Shown: one piece after another, positions 51,437 through 64,000 of the stretch
How positions within the stretch are numbered: the first letter of the stretch is position 1
Layout of the letters: each line of letters starts with the position of its first letter
Source of the DNA: the human T2T-CHM13v2.0 reference genome, Homo sapiens
DNA: 64,000 bases
Reading direction: 5' to 3'
NCBI GenBank assembly: GCA_009914755.4
Contig: CP086569.2
Coordinates: 19,840,001-19,904,000 of the forward strand
Translations under genes and position numbers: made by a program
Notes under the pieces: model-generated
Databases searched by the model: none
What the model was told of the DNA's origin: nothing
Seen by the model: the letters and a program-made list of their open reading frames with translations, nothing else

Positions 51437-51614
51437 TGTGTCTGGTCAGAAAGGTCTTAAAAACACCACCTTAGTACAGACACTCTACATAAACTTTCAT
51501 ATGTAAGATGTAATTTAGAAAAAATGTCCATAATGGATTTATGATGAAAGCAAAATTGTGGACATGTTGATAAACACAATGTTTCTTTGTTCTTTGTTTT
51601 CTTTGTGTATGTAA

Positions 51615-51845
<231 letters not shown>

Positions 51846-51848
51846 TAG

Positions 51849-52034
<186 letters not shown>

Positions 52035-52064
52035 TAAAAAAAAAAAAAAAATCATTAAAAGTAG

Positions 52065-52190
<126 letters not shown>

Positions 52191-52771
52191 TAAAAGCAGG
52201 CACTCTGACTTAAGGTGCTGTTCCTGAGGCCCAAAAGTGTTTGTCAGACTTGTGCAAAGTCATGTATGGAAGTTGGAGACGGGCTCATCATTTTAAACTT
52301 AATCCAGGCCATGGCCAGGTGGACCCCGAGATGAGTCCACTCTGAGGCTGCAGCTCAGGCTGCCTGTGCCCCATACTTCCCACAGATGCAGGGTCACTGC
52401 ACCCTTCCAAAGCTGACAGTGCAGCCCATGCTCATAGCCTTTCTGCCTTCCCTTCCCGCCCTGTCCTGGGAGTTCACCCAAGCCCTCTGTGGCCCCCACC
52501 CAAGGCGTGTTTCTTGGTCTGCTCCTCCCATGCCCATTCTGGCTTCCCTGTACCATGCGGGGCAAACAATAGGTGCTCACTGGGGAGTGAAGGAAATGCC
52601 CATCACTTAGTGGCTGCTGAGGGGCTGAGAACTGAAACTTTGTTTAGGTTTTCTTCTGTATTTTCCATCAGTGCCTTTGGTTTAAACTTTTTAGTAAAAT
52701 CTTTATTTTCATGAAGGTTGAAAGATCATCTAGCAAAACCTTTTTTCCCAGCTATATATAAGGTATTTTAA

Positions 52772-53255
<484 letters not shown>

Positions 53256-53335
53256 GTCCATTAATGAAGAAGGATGTTTTTTACTAATGACATTTTACTA
53301 GCCAACGTCGTTTTAGCCTTTTCCCATTAAGTGAA

Positions 53336-53616
53336 TTTTTTTTTTCTCTATTGCCTAGGCTAGAGTGCAGTGGTGCTATCTTGGGGCTCACTGAAGCCTC
53401 CAACTCCTGGGTTCAAGTGATTCTCCTGCCTCAGCCTCCTGAGTAGCTGGTACTATAGGTACCTGCCACCATGCCCAGCTAATAATTTTTGTATTTTTAG
53501 TAGAGATAGGGTTTCACCATGTTGGCCAGGATGGTCTAGATCTGTTGACCTCATGATCTACCCATCTGGGTCTCCCAAAGTGCTGAGATTACAGGGGTGA
53601 GCTACAGAGTCCAGCC
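53336..53616 (-). mobile_element. Alu element (minus)
   Basis: tttttttttctctattgcctaggctagagtgcagtggtgctatcttggggctcactgaagcctccaactcctgggttcaagtg...gtgctgagattacaggggtgagctacagagtccagcc. Confidence 0.9.
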
Positions 53617-53744
53617 ATTTTTTTTTCTTAGTGCAATAAATGATCCTCCAGAAAACTAAAAAATGAAGATAAGCTAAAAGAAAATGGAAAGAACCATAAT
53701 CCTCCCACTCACTGATGATCACAGTTAATATCTCAGGTGTCATT

Positions 53745-54045
53745 TTTTTTCTTTATTTTTATTTTGAGACAGAGTTTCATTCTGTCTCCCAGGTGGAGTG
53801 CAGTGGTGCAATCACAGCTCACCGCAGTCTTGACTTCCTCGTTCCAAATAATCCTCTCACATAAGTCTCCTGAGTAGTTCAGAATATAGGCGTGTGCCAC
53901 CATGCCCAGCCAACTTTAATTTTTTGTAGGGATGGGGTCTCACTATGTCATCTGGTCTGGTCTTCAACTCTTGGGCTCAAGTTACCCTCCCTTCTCAGCT
54001 TCCCACAGTGTTGGAATTATAGGCATGAACCACCATGTCCAGCCC
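53745..54045 (-). mobile_element. Alu element (minus; old)
   Basis: ttttattttgagacagagtttcattctgtctcccaggtggagtgcagtggtgcaatcacagctcaccgcagtc...gtgttggaattataggcatgaaccaccatgtccagcc. Confidence 0.88.
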
Positions 54046-54195
54046 TGTTTTCTTCTTTATGTGGGTTTCTGGGGATAGGTTACATAGGGGCTATTCATTA
54101 TTGTTTGTGGTTTTTCTGACACAATTCTCATTTAAACATCATTGTTATTATCAAATTGGCTTTAGCTACATTGGATTTTTTGGGGTGATTTTTTT

Positions 54196-54199
<4 letters not shown>

Positions 54200-54227
<28 letters not shown>

Positions 54228-54264
54228 GAAACAGTCTTGCTCTGTCGCCCAGGCTGGAGTACAG
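54200..54264 (-). mobile_element. Truncated Alu 3' end (minus): ~28-nt poly-T plus 37 bp of Alu, abutting the Tigger terminus
   Basis: tttttttttttttttttttttttttttttgaaacagtcttgctctgtcgcccaggctggagtacagt, immediately followed by the Tigger TIR. Confidence 0.8.
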
Positions 54265-55310
54265 TAAGCCCTTGAACAACATAGGTTGGAACTGTGTAGG
54301 TCCTCTTACATATGAATTTTCTTCAATAAATATATTAGAAAACTTTTTGGGAATTTGTTGACAATTTGAAAAAACCTGAAGATGAACCACATAGCCTAGA
54401 AATATTTTTTTGAATATTTAAAGGTTGGTGTAACATGAGAGCATAAAATATATGTAGAAGTCATCTGTCACTACTATAAAATATACATAGATCTATAAAC
54501 TTATACATAAATATATAAATACATATATCATAAAATTATAAAAAGCTAAAAGTAAAATAAACACACACACACAGACAGTACATGCCATCTTCTGCAGTCC
54601 AGAGAAATGCAAACAATCATGAAGATGACATATTAATTCCTAACTGTATCAAACTAATTGTAGTACGTTCTGTGCTACTGGAATAATGGCATAGCCATCT
54701 CCTGTTGTGAGATGCAAGGGTCCACTGAAAATGCCATGTGGAACTAATGATCTCTGTGTGAGCAGTTCTCCGCTCCAAGACACTGTGAAGCACAGTAACA
54801 AGTGCTTGCTTATGGTGCTCACATATTTTGCATTGTGTTTAGTGCAATACCATGATGTGAACATTGAATAACACCATGCGACCCATAAGAAGTGCCTCTG
54901 ATGATGCTGGAAATGCTCCCAAGAAGTACACAAAAGTCATGATGTTAGAAGAAAAAGCTAAATGCTTAGTATGTGTGGTAGATTGAAGTCTGCAGCTTGT
55001 AGCTGCCCATGATTTCAGACAGACAATTCACCTTGTAAACAGATGATTTCCACTTGTGCTATCAATAAATACAGTATAAGCATATTATATCTAATGTATG
55101 ATTTTCTTAATAATCTTTTCATAAGCTAACTTTAAGGATACAGTATGTAATATATATGACACATAAAATATGTGTTAATCAAATGTCTGTTATCAGTAAG
55201 GCTTGCAGTAAGTAGTAGGCTATTAATAATTAATTCTGTAGGAAGTTAAAAGTTTATATAAAGATGTCTGACTGCATGCGGGATGTTGCCCTTGATTGCT
55301 ATTTTGTACA
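54261..55310 (+). mobile_element. Tigger (TcMar-Tigger) DNA transposon, internally deleted (~1 kb): 5' TIR, leader and transposase N-terminus
   Basis: 5' TIR cagtaagcccttgaacaacataggttggaactgtgtaggtcctcttacatatgaattttcttcaataaat vs Tigger1 cagttgacccttgaacaacacgggtttgaactgcgcgggtccacttatacgcggatttttttcaataaa. + strand 54878 encodes MRPIRSASDDAGNAPKKYTKVMMLEEKAKCLV (transposase N-terminus). The 3' portion resembles the 8340-8747 MITE. Confidence 0.8.
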
Positions 55311-56119
55311 ATATAAAGGGTGGGTGAGGGAAACAAGTCTATTCAACGACAAAAAGGTCTTTTCAAGGACAAGACCAGTTGAAAGCTATGAAATTACTAT
55401 TCTTAGAAGGACTGATCCTTTATTGTAATTATCAGCAAAATGAGGGAATAGAGGTAATAGTCTTCATTTATTAGTTGGATACTGAATAAATTTGGATTAG
55501 ACAGAATCTGTTGTCCCTGTAAAGAAAGATGAACTGGTGAAGGAAAGACAGTTGGATCAGAAATTAAAGGACAGTGGAAAAGTTTGAAAGCACTGCCATC
55601 AGTAAGAAGAACCACAGTTGATTATACCTTATAACAAGGATTACAGGGAACACTGAGAACCAAGCTGAAACTGGTAACCATCAATTCAATTAGTATTTCC
55701 CATCCCTGACCTGCATTCTGAGGGATGTAGAATAATTCATTTTCCACACTTACTTTTTTAAAATTTCAGCAATCATATGTTTCTTAGAGTTATGTTACAC
55801 CTGACTTTTTTCATAGCTTCTGTTTTTATTTAGGTTGCTAGTAACATCCTCTCAGATTTCTTTAAATATATTAGGTATGTGAATTTATTCTGTCCTGTTC
55901 CTGAACACCTCAGTCTCGCCTGCTCTGGCTCAGCTTTTACATTTGTGTTGGTCATTGTCTTTACTGTTGATTCTACACATGCATTCCAATGATCCTTTCA
56001 GAAAAGGGGCAGCATAGCTGAAGGGTTTCCTCATGTTTTCTGCACAGAACTCTTGTCTGCCATATTTTTCTTAAGAAGGGCTGGAGAGTGGTATGTCATG
56101 GTCTATCGCTTAAAAAAAA

Positions 56120-57130
56120 CAAACTCACACCAAGACCAATGGAGCAGAACAGAGCCCTCAGAAATAATGCCACACATCTACAACCATCTGATCTTTGACA
56201 AACCTGACAAAAATAAGCAATAGGGAAATGACTCTCTATTTAATAAATGGTGTTGGGGAAACTGGCTAGCCATATGTAGAATGCTGAACCTGGATCCCTT
56301 CCTTACACTTTATACAAAAATTTAATCAAGATGGATTAAAGACTTAAATATAAGACCTAAAACCATAAAAACCCTAGAAAAAAACCTAGGCAATACCATT
56401 CAGGACATTTGTATGGGCAAAGACTTCATGACTAAAACACCAAAAGCAATGGCAACAAAAGCCAAAATAAATAAATGGGATCTGATTAAACTAAAGAGCT
56501 TCTTCACAGCAAAAGAAACTGATTATCAGAGTGAGTAGGCAACCTACAGAATGGAAGAAAATTTTTGTAATCTATCCATCTGACAAAGGGCTAATATCCA
56601 GAATCCACAAAGAACTTAAACAGATTTACAAGGAAAAAACAACCCCATCAGAAAGTGGGCGAAAGATATGAACAGACACTTCACAAAAGAAGATATTTAT
56701 GTGGCCAACAAACATATGAAAAAAAGCTCATCATCACTGGTCATTAGAGAAATGAAATCAAAACCATAATGAGATACCATCTTATGCCAGTTAGAATGGC
56801 GATCATGAAAAAGAGAACAACAGATGCTGGACATGATGTGGAGAAATAGGAATGCTTTTACACTGTTGGTGGGAGTGTGAATTAGTTCAATCATTGTGGA
56901 AGACAGTGTGACGATTCCTCAAGGATCCACAACTAGAAATACCATTTGACCCAGCAATCCCATTACTGGGTATATACCCAAAGGAATATAAATCATTCTA
57001 CTATAAAGACACGTGCACATGTATATTTATTGCAGCACTGTTCACAATAGCAAAGACTTGGAACCAACCCAAATGCCCATCAATGATATACTGGATAAAG
57101 TAAATTTGGGACATATGCAACACAGAATTC
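56120..57130 (+). mobile_element. L1 (L1PA-like) ORF2 3' region, proximal part of an L1 split by the CD24 retrocopy
   Basis: accaagaccaatggagcagaacagagccctcagaaataatgccacacatctacaaccatctgatctttgacaaacctgacaaaaataagcaa...ctggtcattagagaaatgaaatcaaaaccataatgagataccatcttatgccagttagaatggcg...ggataaagtaaatttgggacatatgcaacacagaattc. Confidence 0.92.
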
Positions 57131-57131
57131 T
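57118..57131. other. Target-site duplication (copy 1) of the CD24 retrocopy insertion: caacacagaattc(t)
   Basis: Identical 13-14 nt caacacagaattct at 57118-57131 and 59678-59691. The L1 sequence is contiguous across the two copies. Confidence 0.9.
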
Positions 57132-57160
57132 TTTTTTTTTTTTTCTTTCAGCCATTTCTT

Positions 57161-57166
57161 TTTATT
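57161..57166 (-). terminator. Poly(A) signal AATAAA of the CD24 retrocopy, ~16 nt upstream of the poly(A) tail
   Basis: + strand tttatt at 57161-57166 (minus = aataaa). The poly-T run begins at 57144 on +. Confidence 0.85.
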
Positions 57167-57793
57167 TACAGTTTGTGTTCAATGCAAATCAATTCCATAA
57201 GAAGTTACTATGAATCAAAGCGTAAATACACAAACACAATATACAATCCAAAATAGATGTACAGCATTCTGGAATAAAGCAAAAGAGTGTTCATTCACAC
57301 ACACAGTAGCTTCAAAACGGTTCGATCTGTTTGTTCTCATGTAGTTTTGTAAAGATGGAAAAAAAGGACTTTGGTCATCAAGACTACTGTGGCCATATTA
57401 GATTACTGGAACATCTAAGCATCAGTGTGTGACCATGCGAACAAAAGACTTCGGGGAGTGTCTATTTTTAAAAAGGTTTCTGTGTTTCGAGGCAGTTGTA
57501 AAAGATTTACTGCAGAATCAAGCCCACTTTTAGGCTTAGGACCAGGTTCTAACTATCTAAAAATATTGACTGATAACAAAAAGTATTCCAAATGTGGCTA
57601 TTCTGATCCATAGTTGTTTTTTAAAGAAAAAAAAGTATATACAGAAAGAGTATAAAAGTTTGTGAATTTAATGCAAATTAGCTTCCAGTCTTCACTTCCC
57701 AAATACTTGATTTGTAGTTTTGACTCCTTTACATTTTTGCCTTCTTAATTTCAAGATTTGCAATTTTGCCTTCAAAACAGATCTTTTTTTTTA

Positions 57794-58160
<367 letters not shown>

Positions 58161-58970
58161 TCAATGCAATTCTACTCTTTGGAATCCGTTTAGCTAAATG
58201 AATGTAGTGCTCTTGTTGAATGGAAATAGGTGATAGGAAATGCCTACCATTTGACTCAATATGGATAATCAAGAGTTGCTCAGGCTGCTTGGATCTGGGG
58301 GTAGATTCTCATTCATCATTGCCCTGGCACATGTCAATTACTACATAAAAGGTCAAACGCAATGTCAAATCCAAAGCCTCAGGAGGAAAGTGAGTTCAGT
58401 TCCCAAGAGAACAGCAATAGCTCAACAATGTAAAACTTCATCTAGAGTATATCGGCATTAAATAAGTGCTGCCGAAACAATACGTTGAGGAATTACAGTA
58501 ACACCTGGAAGTTCCTTCTCATGTACATATAAATAGAATCATGGAAGCTTTTTATATTACCTGTTTTATGGCCTTATAGAATTAATGAACCAAATGAAAA
58601 CTGAATCTCCATTCCACAATCACATCCTTTATTTCTATTCTTATTTTCAAGGTAGTATTAAGTGTCCATATTTCTCAAGCCACATTCAAGGAAATCATGT
58701 CTTAACTATTTTGGATGTTGCCTCTCCTTCATCTTGTACATGAAACTCCAGCAGATTTAATATTGGCATCCATCATCTAGTCAAACCTCTCACATGTTCT
58801 TCAAATCAATCAAATTTGGGATTCTCAACATTTTCTGTGTCAATAAAAGGTGTGGAATTAGTAGATTCGATGAAGACCTGTTTTTCCTTGCCACATTGGA
58901 CTTCCAGACGCCATTTGGATTGGGTTTAGAAGATGGGGAAGTTTAGAAGACGTTTCTTGGCCTGAGTCTC

Positions 58971-59213
58971 TTAAGAGTAGAGATGCAGAAGAGAGAGTGA
59001 GACCACGAAGAGACTGGCTGTTGACTGCAGGGCACCACCAGCCGCCTTGGTGGTGGCATTAGTTGGATTTGGGGCCAACCCAGTGTTGGAAGTACTCTGG
59101 GAGGAGTTACTTGAAGTTCCAGTTGTTGTTTCACTGGAATAAATCTGCGTGGGTAGGAGCAGTGCCAGCAGCAGCAGCCCCAGCCCAAGCCTGGCCACCA
59201 TTGCTCTGCCCAT
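58971..59213 (-). CDS. CD24: Intact 80-codon CD24 ORF within the retrocopy (signal peptide, mucin-like core, GPI-anchor signal)
   Basis: Translation [83 protein letters not shown] at 59213-59211 (minus), stop TAA at 58973-58971. Full-length CD24 as recalled, with one apparent substitution (T where the reference as recalled has S at residue 44). Confidence 0.9.
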   Translation of the reverse strand: MGRAMVARLGLGLLLLALLLPTQIYSSETTTGTSSNSSQSTSNTGLAPNPTNATTKAAGGALQSTASLFVVSLSLLHLYS

Positions 59214-59677
59214 GTCCCCTACGTCGGTGCGCGGCGCGTCTAGCAGGATGCTGGGTGCTTGGAGAACCGCTGGCTCCGGGCGGGCGCAGGCAAGGTGGGG
59301 AGCGCGGCGAGCCGGCGAGACCCTGGCCGACGGGACCCGGGCGCCGCCTAGCGCGAACCCTTCCCGGCTGGTCGGCGCTCCTCGCAGGCGGTGTCCCGGT
59401 CCGGAGCGATCTGCGCGCTCGGCCCCGCGGCCGCGCCCTCCCCGAAGCCCTTGCTTTGTTCTGTGAGCGCCTCGTGTCAGCCAGGCGCAGTGAGCTCACG
59501 GGGGCGTCCCGGGTCCGCATCCTCCCAGGAGCTGGGGAGCCGCTCGCTGGGCGCGGACCCGCTGCCTGACGCTGCAAACTACACGGTTTCGGTCCCCCGC
59601 GCTCCTGCCTGCGGCGGGCGAGGAGGAGACGGCCCACCCTAAGGGGACCCCCTCCGCGGCCCTGAAGCCCCCACCCG
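59214..59677 (-). promoter_or_regulatory. CpG island: the GC-rich 5' leader of the CD24 retrocopy (about 55 CpGs in ~465 bp)
   Basis: cgtcggtgcgcggcgcgtctagcagg...gagcgcggcgagccggcgagaccctggccgacgggacccgggcgccgcctagcgcgaaccc...; GC about 70%, CpG not depleted. Corresponds to CD24 exon-1 5'UTR sequence extending ~465 nt upstream of the ATG. Confidence 0.7.
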
Positions 59678-60050
59678 CAACACAGAATTCTATGCAGCCA
59701 TAAAAAAAGGATGAGTTCATGTCCTTTGCAGGGACATAGACGACACTGGAAACCATCATTCTCAGCAAACTAAGGCAAGAACGGAAAACCAAACACCTCA
59801 TGTTCTCACTCATAAGTGGGAGTTGAACAATGAGAACACATAGACACACGGAGGAGAACATCACACACCAGGCACTGTTTGGGGGTGCGGGGGTAGGGGA
59901 GGGATAGCATTAGGAAAAATACCTAATGTAGATGACGGGTTGATGAGTGCAGCAAACCACCACGGCACATGAATACCTATGTAACAAACATGCACGTTCT
60001 GCACATCTACCCCAGAACTTAAAATATTTTTTAAAAATCTGTAAACAGAA
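59678..60050 (+). mobile_element. L1 3' end (distal part of the L1 split by the CD24 retrocopy); begins with TSD copy 2
   Basis: caacacagaattctatgcagccataaaaaaaggatgagttcatgtcctttgcagggacatagacgacactggaaaccatcattctcagcaaactaaggcaagaacggaaaaccaaacacctcatgttctcactcataagtgggagttgaacaatgagaacac...tatgtaacaaacatgcacgttctgcacatctaccccagaacttaaaatatttttt. Confidence 0.93.
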
Positions 60051-60216
60051 GAGTCAGTCATCTAAAACTGATAAGTCTTCTTTCATTTCTAGAAGACATA
60101 CTATTTTTCTGTTGATATTTCATTTATTTTCTATTTTAATGTATGTGAGTCATTAACATAAAGGTTTGTAAACTGCTTAGAGCTCGTTCAAGAATGCATG
60201 TGAAATAATTGATGCA

Positions 60217-60519
<303 letters not shown>

Positions 60520-61447
60520 CTAATAAAACTAGTAATTTTAACAGCAATTCTAAGGGGCATCCTGTTCTCAGGGCAGCACAATCCTCTGAGAACTCCCCAA
60601 ATGGTTTAGTGCACTCCACTCAGCAGAAGCACGGGTGAATCAGACACTCAACGAAAATGAAGCAATGGCTCAGCAGAGACCATCCACGTTTCTTCTCATT
60701 TCCTATGAAAAATACAAATTTGGAGCTTTAGATGGGTGGGTGGCTTCCCACCTAAAGAATGAACTCCTAAACCTTCTTTGCAGCTGTTTAGGATCAGGTG
60801 ACTGATTATGGCCAGCAGAAGATAAGAAGGGACATGTGTTCCTTTGGGTCCAATTACTTACTGGGCCCTTGCTTCCCCTCCCCTGTGGGCCACTGTGGAG
60901 GTGGGGCAGTTACTGGGACCCAGCCTGCAAACTTACATATGAGGGATGACAAAGCTGCCCTTGTACCACCAACCTGGTCTATTGGTGAGGGTGAAAAACT
61001 CTTTCAATTTAAGGTGTATCAGTCACATTTCAGTACAGGAAACAGATGCCATCTTAGACCATGTAGCAGAAAGTGACTTCAAACACAGAATGAGATGTTT
61101 CTAAAATCAGAGGAAAAGATAAAGTTCATGACTGAAGATCCAAAATTACTCTCCAAAATATTGGTCCTTAGAAGACCCAGGACAAGGATCACATCTGACA
61201 CACATGGTTTGGAGAACACCATGCACACAGTGCCTCCCATCCAAGCCCTGAAGCTAGAGAGCAGCAGCAGGAGCTTAGACCTCCCCAAGCATACCTGCCC
61301 ACAGAAAACACACAAGCAAAAAGATACTTCCTCCTCACTACCACCTTACAAGCTCTGTGAAAGTACGTTCAATGTTAAAGCAAATTCACATGGCTTTAAA
61401 GAGACTGTGAAAGATATCCGCAGGTCAGCTTTTTCTCTCTCTCTTTC

Positions 61448-61706
61448 TGTTTTTTTTTTTTTTTTTTTGAGATGGAGTCTCATTCTTCACCCAGGCTGGA
61501 GTGCAGTAGCGGGATCTCGAGTCACTGCAACCTTCTCCTCTGGAGTTCAAGTGATTCTTGTGCCTCGGCCTCCTGAGTAGCTGGGATTACAGGGGTGTAG
61601 CACCATGCCTGGCTAATTTTTGTACTTTTAGTAGAAATGGGGTTTCACCATGTTGCCCAGGCTGGTCTGGAAATCCTGACCTCAAGCAATCCACCTGCCT
61701 CAGCTT
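61448..61706 (-). mobile_element. Alu element (minus; truncated at its 5' end)
   Basis: tttttttttttttttttttgagatggagtctcattcttcacccaggctggagtgcagtagcgggatctcgagtcactgcaacc...cctcaagcaatccacctgcctcagc. Confidence 0.9.
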
Positions 61707-62849
61707 TTCTAAAGAAGAGCAGCTTCAGAAAGGGTGGACTAATGGTTGACCATACTAATTTACCGCACTGCAAGTGTTACTGTAGCTCAAACTGTGTATT
61801 AACTATTAACAGCGAAATTCATTTTCAACACAAGCTAGTTTACACAAAAAGAAATATTCTCTAATAACCTGATAATTATGAAACTTCTAGTAGAATGTCT
61901 GATATGTACTCAGATGATTCCAGGAATAGGGTGAGTTTGAGAATGTAAATATTACATTGTCATGGTAATTTTCAAAACATGAAATTTTCATACATCAAAC
62001 TACTTTTGATACATTAAAATTAAGAACAGGTTGGCAAGAAGCTCATTTCTATACACACATCAGCATTTACAGGAATGCATTTCATCTAGTATAGTCAACA
62101 TCAGATGACTGAATAAAGACACAATAAGGAGAATGTCATTTGAAGCTTTTCATGGTAACTTAAAAATCATTCTGAAGTTTTCAATAATATAGGAAAGCCT
62201 CTGCTGTGAGGTCGAGGGCAACAACTTGGTCGCATTACTTAAAGGTCATTAAAATACATCCTTAATCCTAACATGTGGTTCATTACAAATGAAGTTGCTT
62301 TATGTTCAATAAAACTAATTAAATGTAAGTGGTATTGTTTACTGCTACATGAAGCTTTTGAAATATGACATGAAATAAAGCATGTCATGATTTATTGAAT
62401 ATTGCTGTGGCCTTGTGGTCTTTAATAAATTTGCTTGAGCATAAAAGCCAGAAACATATTTCTCAGATGTCTATGGTTTCTGAAAACTGCGCCTCCAGAC
62501 AGCTATGAAGCAGAAACTGTACCTGGCATTACAGGATCTGCAGCACTATTATTACATGACTCTTACAAATTTTAATTCTCTGACCATATTAGGTGCTCTG
62601 ATAATCCAACAGAATTGATAAAGTTTCTTGGCTGCTTCCTCAGCTCTTCAAGATGGGCTCTCAGGTCTCTAAGTTTACTTAACCTGGCTCACACCACGGA
62701 CACAGTCTTAAGTGACACAACTGGGGATACACAAAATAGGCTCATGGCCTGATAAACCAAACAGGCTCATGACCTGGACGGTCCATTTGACCCAGAGGCT
62801 GCGGGTAATTAGTGTATGGTTAATGTGGCATTTGTAAGCCAGGAACAAG

Positions 62850-64000
62850 GAGACATAAAGGGTAAACTTCAGAAGTTAGAATGTTTTGAAGGCATGAATA
62901 TTACCCAGCTTATCCTGTCCTGGTGGCTACTAAGGTGTTTGTAAATCAGGATGAGGAGGCCAGGAGCAAAGCTAAATGCAGAGCTAAGGAAAAGGCAGAC
63001 TGGCTGGAGACAGCCTTAGTTGGACAAGAAACGGGTTTTGTGAGAAGACATGGTCATGGTCAGAGTAGAGGACAAGCTAGGCAAAACCAAGAAGCTAAGC
63101 CAGGACAAGGGTGCCAACCTAAGCTTGAGAGAGATCAATGTTCAAGATGCACGCAGATGGGACACTGTAAGAACGAATGCCCAGAAAGAGAAAAGGAAAG
63201 AGGCAACAATCAGGGAAAAAACGGCTGGCCAGAACCCACCGCCACTGGTCAAGGGGTTCAGAAGTCAGACATGGATTTAATTGGACTGGCAGGAATCAAT
63301 GATTATTATGAGGACTGAGATAGACCAGGCTCCATTTCATTAGGCCCGGAGGAGCCTATGGTCTCAATGGAGGTAGGGGGCCAGAAAATGGACTTTATGG
63401 TTGATACTGGTGCAGAGCACTCAGTAGTAACTCAAGCAATTGGTTCACTGTCTAAAAATTATTTCAATATAATTGGAGCTACAGGAATAATAGAAAGAGG
63501 CCTTACTTCAAATCTAAAAGATGTGTGATTGGAGGACAGCAAGTCCAACATGATTTTTTATATTTGCCAAATTGTCTGGTCCTCTGTTAGGAAGATAATT
63601 GCTCCAGAAATTGCAAGCACAAATCTCCTTTACTTGAGAAGGGGAAATGACTCTAAACCTAGGTCAAAGAAGCCATGATAATGACCCTTACCATCCCCAC
63701 AACAGAGGAATGGAGACTCTATGAGAGGTGCAAAATTTGTAAAGATGCATTTTGCCAGCAGGAAAATGAGGCAATGTATAAGGAATTGTTTCTCAACCTG
63801 GCAGGGGTCTGGGTGGAGGACAGTCTCCCAGAGCTAGCCATAAATCAGGCCCCCGTAGTGGTGGAACTGCTGCGAGACACTTACCCAGTGCAAATTCGTC
63901 AGTATTCCATCCCAGTAAAAGCCACCCATGGGATTACAAAGCATATAGTCCGGCTCTTTAAATTTGGGATAATAGAAAGATGTGCCTCTCCTTGGAACAC
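62850..64000 (+). mobile_element. ERV1-class (gammaretrovirus-like) internal region: gag C-terminus/NC, protease and RT start; continues past the window end
   Basis: NC zinc knuckle CSRCTQMGHCKNEC (CX2CX4HX4C) in ORF 62923-63318. Protease motif ...FMVDTGAEHSVV... near 63400. RT N-terminus ...PVVVELLRDTYPVQIRQYSIPVKATHGITKHIVRLFKFGIIERCASPWNT (63850-64000), comparable to MLV ...QGILVPCQSPWNTPLLPV. Confidence 0.8.
62923..63318 (+). pseudogene. Retroviral gag nucleocapsid (CCHC zinc knuckle) ORF remnant
   Basis: 131-aa ORF with a basic region and CSRCTQMGHCKNECP. It is embedded in ERV gag-pro-pol context and has no cellular gene structure. Confidence 0.75.

Noticed and set aside
52299-52714. 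Moderately GC-rich stretch with 66-93 aa ORFs on both strands, considered as a possible exon
   Set aside because: It has no codon periodicity, no recognisable protein similarity, no flanking splice-consensus context that I could support, and overlapping ORFs on both strands. Most likely non-coding.
59063-59864. Cluster of long overlapping ORFs on both strands (105-168 aa) rich in Ala/Arg/Pro/Gly
   Set aside because: They lie in the ~70% GC CpG-island leader of the CD24 retrocopy, where stop codons are rare in every frame. The translations are low-complexity with no domain signature. They are an artefact of GC-richness. Only the 80-aa CD24 frame is supported.

Overview
This window is human (primate) genomic DNA, not a prokaryotic locus. 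Close to half of it is interspersed repeats.

- **Repeats:** about 50 Alu elements, several with readable target-site duplications; L1 fragments of several ages; a Tigger DNA transposon plus a Tigger-derived MITE; a THE1/MST MaLR LTR; and simple repeats including (CA)n, (GA)n, a compound (GATA)n and a ~1.7 kb TA-rich low-complexity tract.
- **Locus 1, HERV-H complex (about 11.2-16.9 kb):** a 5'-truncated HERV-H provirus on the minus strand with its LTR7 3' LTR and an integrase/RNase H remnant. It is entangled with three copies of a second, unclassified LTR type; two of those copies lie tail-to-tail as an inverted pair.
- **Locus 2, composite L1PA element (23.35-30.48 kb):** a 7 kb L1 with a rearranged ORF1 and four nested insertions. 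An LTR12 (HERV9 LTR) replaces part of the ORF2 endonuclease region, and there are two Alus and an unclassified solo LTR.
- **Locus 3, CD24 retrocopy (57131-59677, minus strand):** an L1-mediated processed retrocopy of the CD24 mRNA inserted into an L1 3' region. It has a poly(A) tail, an AATAAA signal, a 13-14 bp target-site duplication, an intact 80-codon CD24 ORF and a CpG-rich 5' leader with many CpGs retained. A young Alu later inserted into its 3'UTR.
- **Window end (about 62850-64000):** an ERV1-class gag-pro-pol fragment starts here and runs past position 64000.

No bona fide single-copy protein-coding exon can be supported from sequence alone. There is no sign of a novel biological system. 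The CD24 retrocopy with its preserved CpG island, and the palindromic LTR arrangement, are the features most worth following up.
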